Both the position numbers and the translations under genes were made by a program. A stretch of 64,000 nt of DNA from assembly GCA_010909165.1 (NCBI GenBank), contig VJWM01000205.1, positions 62,001 to 126,000 of the forward strand, given 5' to 3'. Origin of the DNA: Anthoceros angustus (Eukaryota > Plantae > Anthocerotophyta). The notes beneath the pieces were generated by a model. It worked only from the letters and a program-made list of their open reading frames with translations, was not told the DNA's origin and searched no databases. Positions 37,101-49,129 of this stretch are shown here, piece by piece; within the stretch, counting starts at the first letter, position 1, and every line of letters starts with the position of its first letter.

Positions 37101-40100
37101 GGCTCCCTCCTGTCTGCTCGGAGGGCACCAAAAGGAGGAAGGGAATCGCCTCCCAAACTTCCACAGGTGGTGAGGGGTTCGCTCAGACGTATGGAGTCAG
37201 GAATCCTCGATCGTCCTCCTCCGAGTCCGCTTGGTCTTGAAGGGCGACCCCCACCTCAGGCGCCCTTGCACGCTCTACTTGGCGGGGCCTCCGGCCCCGC
37301 CGGGCGCCCTCAAGCTCTCCTCCTTGAGCTCGAAATGTCCCCATACATGAATCGGTATGGGGTCGCCGATGGCGAGGCTTCTCGCTCCTTAGCTTGCGTG
37401 CCTCTGGCGGGCAGGCGAAGATAATCCTTCCCAGTCCGCTCTCTTCCCATTGGGCGCATGCGAGAATACCAGCGAGTTATCACCAAGGTGATCCACCTTG
37501 GTGGCGAGTTCAATGGACAATGATCCGGGCTACCGCCCTTACTCATCGGCGGATCGGATATCAACCATCCGTTGGTTGTCCATTGCGTTCGAGCCTCGGC
37601 CGCGGCGTGGTGGCCCTATCTTCCTTCGCCCTCCTTACGCCTCTTGACCTCTTGCCACTCCGTGGGCGGGGTAAGTCGGCACCTCGAGGTCTTTGCGTTG
37701 GTAAGCGGCACCGTCTTCCGCCTCTTGGCTCCCCGAGTTCGTCGGGGCTCGGCGGCCGTCGTGGTTGTTGGCATTGTTGCAGCCGGTGCGGGCCAGCGCC
37801 CTCGGCATCGGCTCCCTCTGTGTCGGAGGGCACCAAAAGGAGGAAGGGAATCGCCTCCCAAACTTCCACAGGTGGTGAGGGGTTCGCTCAGACGTATGGA
37901 GTCAGGAATCCTCGATCGTCCTCCTCCGAGTCGCTTGGTCTTGAAGGGCGACCCCCACCTTGCACGCTCTACTTGGCGGGGCCTCCGGCCTCCGGGCGCC
38001 GCTCAAGCTCTCCTCCTTGGGCTCGAAATGTCCCCATACATGAATCGGTATGGGGTCGATGGCGAGGCTTCTCGCTCCTTAGCTTGCGTGCCTCTGGCCC
38101 AGGCAGGCGAAGATAATCCTTCCCAGTCCGCTCTCTTCCCCGGGCGCATGCGAGAATACCAGGTTATCACCAAGGTGATCCACCTTGGTGGCGAGTTCAA
38201 TGGACAATGATCCGGGCTACCGCCCTTACTCGGTATCCGGCGGATCGGATATCAACCATCCGTTGGTTGTCCATTGCGTTCGAGCCTCGGCGCCGCGTGC
38301 TGGCCCTATCTTCCCCGCCGCCTTAAGGGGCTCGGCACCACGCCCCTTCTTCCTCCTTGGGCGGTTGTAGGCCATCCTCGGGACCTCAAGGTCCATCGCC
38401 GCCTCGTCCTCCGGAGGTTCTTGGATCGGACCTCCTTGTTGATCCACTCCCGGACAAACTGGAACACGTCCGGATGCCACTCCCGCAATTCCCACTTCCT
38501 CCGGCCGGGCCGAAGTCCGGATAGCGGGTCACAATGTTGCGCTCCACGGTCCATGGCTCCCAGACTTCCGTCGGCTTTTGGGTGCCATTGCTTTCTCCTC
38601 CTCTTGTTCTTTGTCTGCTGGCGAGTCGGCACGATGTTCCTCCGCCGCGCGTTGTTGCTCCAACCAGATGCGCCGCGCTCTGTGGCGCCCAAAAGATGGC
38701 GCCGAGCCGGATTGCGGGCGCAAGGGGTATGAGGATGCGGAGGCTGCGTGAGACCTCCCTCCTTGGCGCTTGTGGAAATGCTGGCGGAAGGCGCCTCTTC
38801 GTTGTCCATGGCGGTAGCAGGACCGTGTTTCTTCCACGGCCGCAGTGAGGCCCCACAAAGTCCGTAGTGGGGCCGGCATTTCTCGATCCGAGGACCTCCA
38901 TCCCTTGATCCGAGTAAGTCGGGGGGTTCTCGGACCTAATCGGGACCCTCGGGTCACAGTGGTGGTCGAGTCTCACCCTCTTTGGCCCTCTTGGCCTCTA
39001 ACTCCTTTGTGCCCTCTTTCTCACAGGGCTCGGAGGAGGTGAGGGGTCGGGAGCAAGCTCTTTTGCCCCTTCACAGCCGGGGCAGGGGCCGGCTCGAGGT
39101 GGGGCTGCGCGGTGACCTCCTGCTCCTTGGGCCACGTCCTTCTGCCCTCCTTACCTCTTGACCTCTTGCCACTCCGTGGGCGGGGTAAAGGCACCTTCGA
39201 GGTCTTTGCGTTGGTAAGCGGCACCGTCTTCGCCTCTTGCTCCCTGAGTTCGTCGGGGCTCGGCCGTCGGGTCGTTGTTTTGTTGTTACTGCCGGTGCGG
39301 GCCGCCAGCCTCCGGCATCGGCTCCCTCCTGCTGCTCGGAGGGCACCAAAAGGAGGAAGGGAATCGCCTCCCAAACTTCACAGGTGGTGAGGGGTTCGCT
39401 CAGGGCGTATGGAGTCGGAATCCTCGATCGTCCTCCTCCCAGTCCGCTTGGTCTTGAAGGGCGACCCCCACCTCAGGCGCCCTTGCACGCTCTACTTACA
39501 GCGGGGCCTCCGGCCCCGGGCGCCGCTCAAGCTCTCCTCCTTGAGCTCGAAATGTCCCCATACATGAATCGGTATGGGGTCGCCGATGGCGAGGCTTCTC
39601 GCTCCTTAGCTTGCGTGCCTCACGGAGCAGGCGAAGATAATCCTTCCCAGTCCGCTCTCTTCCCCTTGGGCGCATGCGAGAATACCAGCGGTTATCACCA
39701 AGGTGATCCACCTTGGTGGCGAGTTCAATGGACAATGATCCGGGCTACCGCCCTTACTCGTCGGCGGATCGGATATCAACCATCCGTTGGTTGTCCGTTC
39801 GAGCCTCGGCATCGCTGTGGGCGGCCCTATCTTCCCCTTAAGGGGCTCGGCACCACGCCCCTTCTTCCTCCTTGGGCGGTTGTAGGCCATCCTCGGGACC
39901 TCAAGGTCCATCGCCTCGGGTCCTCCGGAGGTTCTTGGATCGGACCTCCTTGTTGATCGGCAGACCCGGTTTGGAACACGTCGGATGCCACTCTGCAATT
40001 TTGCTTCCTCCGGCCGGGCCGAAGTCCGGATAGCGGGTCACAATGTTGCGCTCCACGAGGTCCATGGCTCCCAGACTTCCGTCGGCTTTTGGGTGCCATT

Positions 40101-40721
40101 GCTTTCTCCTCCTTGTTCTTGTAGGCTGTGGCGAGTCGGGCGCGATGTTCCTCGCCGCGCGTTGTTGCTCCCCAGCGGTGCGCGCGCTCTGGGCGCGCCC
40201 AAAAGATAGCGCCGAGCCGGATTGCGGGCGCAAGGCTGTGAGGATTCGGAGGCTGCGCGGCGACCTCCCTCCTTGGCGCGCTTGTGGAAGTAACTGGGCG
40301 GAAGGCGCCTCTTGTCCGTAGCGCGAGTGCATGGCTTACTCGACCCTCGCCCACTCGGCGCCCGCGCGGCCGCGGGCGTGAATACTGCCTGCCTCGGCAA
40401 GGTTCAGTCTGACCTCTGCATGCCCGACCTCCACTCGGGGCCGTCCGTGGCGCCGCCTCGTCTGTCCTCACGCCTCGCTCCTAGGTTACTTTCCAGGCGT
40501 ACTTATCCTATTTTGACACAGGGGTGGGTTCGGACTTATCCGTTACTCGGCGTAGTCGGAGCTTGCCATAGTGGTCTGGGGTCCGTTGTTCACTCCAGTC
40601 GGAGTATACTCGAGCCTCGTCGCGCTACCCCAATTTATTCCTCCTTTTCGCCTTATTTATCCTTCAATCCTAAAAAGCGAAACCCTACTTATTTCTTAAC
40701 TCCCGAAGTGCATAGCCCACA
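34119..40721 (-). repeat. Family A LTR copy 2 (6.6 kb, inflated by internal duplications of the ORF region at ~36.8-40.0 kb)
   Basis: Starts TGTGGCGGAC next to the PBS and ends ..AGCCCACA next to the PPT; the TEVWEPW and NGWLISD blocks recur. Confidence 0.85.
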
Positions 40722-43700
40722 TACTCCCTTCTCATCATTGGCGTCTCGCCAACACTAAGCATGATACTTCTTCACCGCCACCCGTTTGAGTGGGCAGCGA
40801 CTCTCCATCTAGGCGCCGTGGTGGGCCGGACCCGTTGTCATATACTTGCACCACTTGATGCGGACCCATCCATCTCGGTGAAGTTTGCACGGAAAATGCA
40901 TGTGACGACTATCATAAAGGAGGGCGGGTCCCTTCCTTTACATACTCACGATTCGCGATCGGCGATCGTGCCAAATCTTTGGTTTTGCATCTTGTGAGCT
41001 TCTTCCACATCCTCTGTGTCTTTTCAAAAGTCGCTCGGTGGCTTTCCTCTTCTCGGTCTCCTTCCATCATTACTCGAAAAGTGGGCACTTCAAACTCTCG
41101 GCATTACGGGAGTGTCAGTAGGTCAAGTAAGGGTCCGTTGTGTGGTCACCTTCTCTGCTGTCGGGCCCGCAGTCACGGATGGCGACTTGGTATCGATCAT
41201 GGGCGTAGTTCAGAGTTTATTCGAGATCCTGCGGATGAGCCCATTTGTCTTCTCTGTCGACCCATTGGCCTTAGGATTGTAGGGTGCCGTCTTGCGATGA
41301 TTGATGCGAAATACTCCGTCATGGCGGCCACCACATCATTAAGGAAATGGGTTCCCCTATCACTTACCAAGCTGCGGACATCCGTCGGGGTTATGATGTT
41401 CTCGTCGAATTTGGCCACGGTATTTGCGAGTCCGTTCTTGTCGCCGCCTCTACCCACAGTGCGATGGTCGTTGCCACGGGATGTATCTCCTTTGTGTGTG
41501 TCTTGTCGTGGTATATGGGTCCAACAAAGTCAATACCCACTTTTGAAGGTGCGGTGCCAATATCGGTACTAGCGGCCAGTGTCGTCGGGGTTGGCTTTCC
41601 GATCCGTGACAAGCATCACACTTCTTCCTAAGCGGTGGGTGTCCCCATACATTGTTGGCCACGGTATCCGCTTCAAAATCTTTTGGTGGTGACTGTCTTG
41701 CGTAGTGTCCTCCCCAATCCTTCGTGCATTCCCAGCCGCTCCTGTCTCTGCAGTACCTTCGTTCTACTCCGTCGGCCCTAATTTGAACACACACCGTTGT
41801 ACATTACGAAGGGTCGAGCATAGTGCGAATGCCTCCCTCATCCACGAGTCGATTTTGGAAGCTCCATTCCCCAGTACCGCTCTATTTCTTCGTGGGTCGG
41901 ACGGCGGACCCTCCCTTCTCACGCTAAGTGCCGGTTCTCGTAGCTTGGGGTTCGGTCTGGGCTCCTCGGTTGTACTTCTGCGGCAACCAATGTCTCATCC
42001 AGGAGCATCTTCACGATCTCTCAACACCTGCTCTGACGTGGAAATCGCATTTTGGTCTTGCCTCCCTTGTCTTGTTTCCACTTGACGTGAACTCCTGCGG
42101 CAACAATATCCACCTTGCTATCCGTCCGGACAGTCCGTCTTATTCACCGGATGCTTGACGCAAAGTGGTCTACATAGAACACAAACTCCTTTGGGTAGTA
42201 GGTAGTGTCGAATTTCTTGACATATACCATACCCGGTGCTTGGCGCTAGTTGTGTATTTTCGTTCGCGTGGTGGTCGTCCGCGTAGTATCGGGATAATCC
42301 CCCGCTTGTCGCCGGCTCGGCACTACTCCGATAGCAAAGCGGACACATCTACATACACATGAAATTTCTGCTCGATCCGGTCCTCTTAGGCAGTGCGCTT
42401 ACCAAGGTGTTACGTAAATCCGAAGGCCTCCTCTCTCACGTGACGGTCCAAACCTCCTCCTTCCGATGGTTACATCAACTTAGCCGCCCTTAGTCCTTAA
42501 TAAACCGGTAGTATCCCACCATTCCGAAACCTCTCGGCTCCTTTAGGTTCGTTGGAGGCGGATGACCGGACCTTGTCTGGTCCACCTCGATTCAGCGGAC
42601 ACGATGTCGACAAGATTCCCTCCGTCATTCCAAAGTAGCATTTCTCGGGTGTAGGCTCAATTGAGTCTCGGCGCTCAAGCACCTTCTTAGATGTCCCAAG
42701 GTGTTTGTCCTGCTCCCCATGCACACAAAATCATCCGAATATCTCCATGAAGTCCCTCGAAGTCACGGAAGGCGTTGGTCACCATACGCATGAGCGACCA
42801 CAGCGCTCGGTCATCCCAAAGGCACTTCTCTTGTAGGCAAGCGTACCCCACTCCGTAGTGAAGGTCGTCTTGTCCCGGTCAAACTCCCTTAGGTGCAATT
42901 GGTTATATCCGGAGTAGCCATCCGAGGAAGGAGTAAGTAGTCCGTCCACCACCTTGTCCAAAATGTCGTCTCAATGGCATCGGAAGTGGTCCTTCTCCGT
43001 TCGTTGAGCTTCCTCAATCTTGGCATACCGAATTTGTCTGGTGTTTCTTGGGAACCACCACAATCGGTAGCGACCCACTCGGTGATGGGGAAAATGATGT
43101 CTGCCTCCGGTACTTATCAAGGACCTCCTTCACCTTGATCGAATACTTGGGGTTGAGCTTGTATTGTCGGATTCGGTGGCACCGCTCGGCTTCAAATCGA
43201 TCTTATGCTCTCCACTTCTTGAATGCCCTTCATGTCCGTGACCTTGAAGGCGAACACCTCATAAAACTCCCCAGTGCTTTAGTCCTTCCTTGGTCCGGAG
43301 GCATGCCTTTCTTAAACTTGAGAATTTGCTGGCGGACCTCCACTTCTTCCACGTCGTCCGGGTTCACCGTCTCCGTTCCGTGCCTCGCTGCGTCCAAACC
43401 CCTCGTCCTCCTCTCGGGGATCGTCCTCTCGCATCCCCATTCTCTGAGCTCGTCGGAGGTGAATCGTGTTACTCCTTGATGTCCGCTTTTCCTTGGTCCG
43501 ACTCTTGTTGTCTCCCCCTTGTCTTTGGTCAGGCCTCCTCTTCACTTCCTTCCTCCGGCCCGTTGTGGCGTTTACTCAAAACAATCAATCACTTCGCCAA
43601 AGGCATCCCGCGGTAGTCCATCTCCTCCTCGGACGGCGGATCTTGGCGAAAGTCGCCTCCTCGGAACTATCTTGTTCGTCGCGGTGGAGTCCTCCGAGGT

Positions 43701-46269
43701 ATACCCTTCGGTAGTGCTCACAGTTTCCCACAATAGGTGTCCTTGCTCCGGTGATAGCAACCCTCCCTTCGCACCTTAGGGTCCCGTCCACCTTGAAGTG
43801 AATCTCCTTCCTTCCAAAGTGTAGCTTTGCAGGCCAACCCCCATGGCGCCACAACACCTCATACCCTAATGGTCCGGCGGTTTGATCACAACAAAATCCG
43901 GTTTGTAGGGTGCGCTATGGTGGCCAAGACTCGGTTAACTCCCGGATCTCTTCTTGACATATACGCCATTCTCGAGTCTTCGTTGAGGTTGAAGGATGTG
44001 AAGCCCAATTTTCGTGCCGTGGCTTGGTGATGAGGTTGACTCGGACCCGTGTCCAACGGTACATCCTTGATGATACATCCAATCTCCACTTGTACCACTG
44101 GCCCCAGGTCGTATGGGACACCACCCTCACTTCCTGCTACCCTTCACGGCTTTGGTGCTCCGGCTGGGTTTCCCTAACACCCGGCGGACCTCTTGTCGGT
44201 ATTTGGGTTATCCCTCGGACACGGTGTCATCATCATCGGTCGCCACATTAAAGGCGAGGCTTCTACCCCAATCGAGGATCCTGCTGCGTCCTCATCCTCT
44301 CCCGGTCACCCGTGTTACGGTATTCTCCGGATGCTTGCGCATTTCCTCCTGCAACATCTCGGTCACCTCCGGACTACGTCCGGTGGAAGCTAACGTCGCC
44401 GTGAGGCCGTTCCCTTCTCCTCACATCGGAGAACTTCCTTGGGTAATCCCTCGGCGGGCTGCCGTCAGCCCTCCTTCATCGGTCGGATCCTCTGCTGGTA
44501 TTTGTTTGATTGCCTTCCTCGGCGTCGTGGCCTTCCTCGATCTTGTTCTTCTTCAATGGCGCCTTTCTCGTCGCTCCTTCCTTGACTCTGAGTAGACACC
44601 TCAAGATTTCCACTGACTCCCTTCGTCACCCACCGTACCTTCTTGTTCTTTTCCATCTCGCGTACCTGGGAATCTCTTCCCACTCCATGGCCCCAGCATC
44701 TTGACTTGCGGTCAGGTCTTAGGAGGTGGCGTTGGTGGTCGGGGTTCTCCGCTTGGTGTGGCATATCGTCTCCCCTTGTGAGGGGTTGGGACATAGCGTC
44801 TTGCGTCATACCCGGCCCACCGAGCCACCTGACGCTCGAAGTCCCCATTACCACCTCGTTGGAGTGCGGACACGCGTTGGAGTAATGGCGAGATTCCGCG
44901 GTTCCAGGACCACGGCCGTCGGAGGATACGAAGGGGCTCCCATGCGGTCTTTGCATCGGTGGGGCTCGTTGTATTTCGGACCTCCGGTTGGCGGATACAT
45001 GGTTTTGGGATATCGCGGCCCGGAGGGGCTTCACATGCACGATAGGCCTCTTCCCATTGCTCCTCGGCCTCCTCCTCGTATTCGTAGTCCACTTGATGCA
45101 CCGGCCTTGAGGCGGTTGGACTTCGAATGGCGTGTTCTTGGCACCGGCACACGATGCGTTCGCACCGTAGTCGGTGTTTTCCGCGCTCGGTCCTTAACAC
45201 AGTTTATCGCGGTCCTCTACTCTCTTTATCACTTTTCCGGTCCTCCGGACTGCTACCTCCTTTGAGGGAGTCGGGTCCGGTGAGCTTCTCGGACGGTCTT
45301 GGTGTCACCACCTCCTTCTTACCACTTCTTTTTAGCGGGCCTTTCTTGCTCTTCTTCTTGCGGGATACTCTTCCTCGCTAGAGACCTCCGTCTCTTCTTG
45401 ACGTGCTCCTCCTCAAGACACCTCCGATTGGTCTTCCTCCTCCTCAAGACTCTTCCTCCTCGAGTCGAACCCGTTTCTTCTTCTTCTTCTTGCCTCCTTG
45501 AGCGGATTTCTTTATCCTCGATGTAGCGATTCCTCGTAGTTTTGGCTCGACGCCCCACGTCCTTCTCGGCGGCGGGGCGTGCACAGCCATGGGTTTGGCT
45601 AGACGGCGCGAACCACCGTCCGCTTGCATCGTGGTATGGGTTGGATGCCGATCCTCGGGCATAGAACCGCTCGATGTCTGAGCGCTTCTCCTTCTTCCCT
45701 CGCTTGATTTTCCAACTTTGATAATACATACCCCTCTGGTCGATCCTCGAAACCGTTCTAAGAAGGCATTTTCAAAGCTTCAAGCGAGGCGGGTGGGGCA
45801 TTCTCCGGTGGTACTTTCTCCGATACCATTGAGCATGTCCTCGGAGAACCCCTTGGAAAATGGATGAGTGCGTCGACTCCCTCTCCGTTGAAGTTGGCTT
45901 TGGACATGAAGTCCTCCACAAAGGTCTCGCATCCGCTCCTTCTTCCCTCCGAATATGGAGTCGCTTGTTTGGTCGGTAGGGGCCATGGCTGCGCCATCGA
46001 TGGGTTAGGCGTGGGTCCTACCTTCTTCCGTTGGCGTCCCTTGTACCCGTACTCGTCTTGGTCGACAATTCGACCACGTTCTCCTCCTCGATCGGCGGTG
46101 CTCTCGTTGGGTTTGGCGTCTCTCTCTCTCACGGCTCGGAGAGCGCGGTGACCACGTCCGATCCTCTGACGGTTCACTCTTGGCCGTCGCTCGACGCATT
46201 CACTTACCTTCTCTTCCTAAGGGCGCACTGCGGCACCACGGACCGATTTCATTCCCGGCAGCGCCAAAA
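40722..46269 (-). mobile_element. Internal region 2 (5548 bp): second gag-pol copy, frameshifted
   Basis: Same motifs, including protease VPLDTG..VNLIT..TARKLGF (~44.05 kb), RT DGYSGYNQ (~42.9 kb) and IN LVSDRGTHFLND (~41.35 kb). Confidence 0.9.
46250..46266 (-). other. Primer-binding site, best match tRNA-Asp (further copies at 34101-34115 and 49110-49126)
   Basis: The minus strand reads LTR..CCACA-TTT-TGGCGCTGCCGGGAATG; the complement of the plant tRNA-Asp 3' end is TGGCGCCGTTGCCGGGGA, so the match has a short gap. Confidence 0.65.
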
Positions 46270-48800
46270 TGTGGCGGACTTTTCTGATGGCGGTAGCGCG
46301 CACAATCCGTGTCGTTGTAGGAAGAAGTCCGTTCCCAAAGGGAATGATAGGCCCGTTTACGTTTGGTGATTCTTCTACCGTCCTTAGCGCTCGTTCGTCT
46401 CACACATACTCCTAACTACTCTGGCGTTCCGTCTGAGCCGGTATGGCCAAGCGTTTAAGGACCCGTTCGCGTCCGTATCGTTCATACATCCTCACGCATC
46501 GTCCTTTCCTCTCTCCTCTCACGCTACACTCTTGATCTTAGAAAAGCCGATTCTGTGATCCGGACCTCCTCGTTCGCGGGCCTCTCCGGGCTCTACACCT
46601 CCGGAGTTCCTCCGGCTCACGCGTTCGTCCGTTCGGTGTCGGACGCGGCTCGACGACGGTCACGATCACCCTTCACACACACCTAACTTCTCTGGCGTTC
46701 CGTCTGAGCCGGTATGGCCAAGCGTTTAAGGACCCGTTCGCGTCCGTATCGTTCACATCCCTCACGCATCGTCCTTTCCTCTCTCCTCTCACGCTACACT
46801 CTTGATCTTAGAAAAGGCCGAGTTCTGTGATCCGGACCTCCTCGTCCGGGCCTCTCCGTCGGGCTCTACACACCTCCGGAGTTCCTCCGGCTCACGCGTT
46901 CGTCCGTTCGGTGTCGGACGCTCTCGACGAGCGGGTCACCGGTCACCCTTCCTGCACACACCACAGCGTTAAGTCCGTCACGGGACCTTGATCAATCTCC
47001 CGGGTAGCCGTGCACCTTTCGGTGACTCGGGACTCACGTTAGCAAGAAGACTCACAAAGGTGCAGAGCGGCATCAACACCAAGAGAAAGATGCTTTACTA
47101 GGCGACCTCGGCCCTCTTATCTGCGCCCAAGGCGTCTTTATTACACCCCTATTACGGTAGCCATTTCGGTATACCCTAATCGGCCGCCTACCACCTATCC
47201 CCCTATCTCCTTCGCCCGGCGGGGGGGGAAGGTCACAGGCCCGCCTCGGAATGGGTGGTCAATCCCGTCACAGCGGTTGTGGTGCACCCAATCGGATGAT
47301 CCGTGGCGGGCCTCTCTCCCGGAATCACATCGGGTTGGGCTCTGGCGTGATCGACAAGCCGTTACCACGTCATCCTCCACAGCCTCCTCACAGGTCCCGC
47401 GGTGGGGCCACCACTATCTGCTCCCCTAAGCGTAAGTCGAGGGGCTCCTCCTCCTTCTTGCCGATCCGGTCCTCGAGGTCTGTCTCGACTCGAACGAGTC
47501 GGCTTATTTCACAGGTCCGGCTAGGTCCGACCTTGTCTCAGGTCCGGACCTCGGGGTCGGACTTATTCTGGGGGGACTTGAGGTCCGGACCTCGGGGTCC
47601 GGACCTCGGGTCGGACTTGAGTCGGACTTATCTGGGGTCCGGACTTGAGTCGGACTTATTCTGAGTCCGGACTTGAGTCCGGCCTCCCTCTGGGGTCGGA
47701 CAAAGTCGGACTCCACCGGGTTTCCTCCCTCACGGGACTCCTCGTGGCTCTCCCTCGAAGTCCTCCTGTTCCCGATCGCCTGACTCGCCGTTGGCCCCTC
47801 CTTCCATGGTGAGGTGCGGGTGCTTACCTCGATCGCATCCGCTCCCTCGTTCTGCTCCTCGGTTGCTCCTCTCCGCTCCGTCATCTCCAAGCAGGGGCCA
47901 CTAGGGTCCTGTCTTTGTCCCGTGGCCTTCATCTCCTTGAGCCTTCCGGTCCGTCCGTTTGCGGCGTCGAGGCTTCTCGCTTGAGGGCTCGGCGTGGTAA
48001 TAGGCAAAGTCAGATCGACTTGTTGAATTGCCTCTTCCACGTGTGCGGGCACCGATACTCCCTCCGCCATAAGTGTTAAAAGGTCTTTGCTCGGCTTGTT
48101 GGGCCACCTCTCTGCCCGGTTGTGGTGGGGCCGTATCACGCGAGGCTACAAGGCGGCCTCGGTCACCTCCTGCGGTGCACTGCTCCACTGCTCCGGCTCC
48201 GTCGTTTCCTCTCCATTGCCCGGCTTACCGCCATAGCGCGGCGTTCCCTTCCGCCTTTCGGTGGACCGGCTTCTTTTACGCTTCCGGTGCTCGCTCCTCC
48301 GTTCATTCGGCCTTTAGCTCGCTGACTCCCTCTCCAGTGATCGGATACCTCCGTCCAGGCTCGGACTTCCTCCGGCTCATACAGCAGCAGCGTCCAACTC
48401 CTTGGATAGTCGCCGATTTTCCTCCGTCTTGAGCCGGGCGGAGGCTCTATTTTGCTCGAGTCGTGGATTCTCGTTGAGAATCACTGCTCAAGCGCATCTT
48501 GGGTTGTAGCTCCGTGTCTCTTTATCCTCCATCTGCTGCCGCCTCTCCTCTACTTCCTGTGCTCGGAGATCTCTATCTCCCAGTCTTGGCCTCCATCTCC
48601 TCCTTGGCCTTGCACTCCATAGCCTGTCGAGCCTTATAGCCTCGGTACTGTGACTCTCTCCACGGTTCGATCACGTCTGGTGATCCGGTCGCTCTTTGCC
48701 GCGGCTTGGCTCCTTCGCCGCCTTTACAGGCCTCGCCCTTGGCCTTTCTGGCCGGGCCGCCTCCGCCAGTCCGAGCTCTCTGCTTGTGCCGGGCCTCTTC
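46270..48800 (-). repeat. Family A LTR copy 3 (truncated, with a ~270-bp local duplication at ~46420-46960)
   Basis: Starts next to the PBS at 46250-46266 and dissolves into a mosaic junction at ~48800. Confidence 0.8.
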
Positions 48801-49129
48801 CGCCTCTGCTCCCCTAAGCGTAAGTCGAAGGGGCTCCTCCTCGTCGTTCGCGGGCCTCTCTGAGTCCGGACTTGAGTCCGGACTTGGTCGGCCTCCCTCA
48901 CGGGACCTTGATCTGTGAAGCCGCCTCGCTCGCCACCGGCGTTCCCTTCCTCGATCGGCGGTGCTCTCGTTGGGTTTGGCGTCTCTCCTCTCACGGCTCG
49001 GAGAGCAGGGACCACGTCCGATCCTCTGACGGTTCACTCTTGGCCGTCGCTCGACGCATTCACTTACCTTCTCTTCCTAAGGGCGCACTGCGGCACCACG
49101 GACCGATTTCATTCCCGGCAGCGCCAAAA

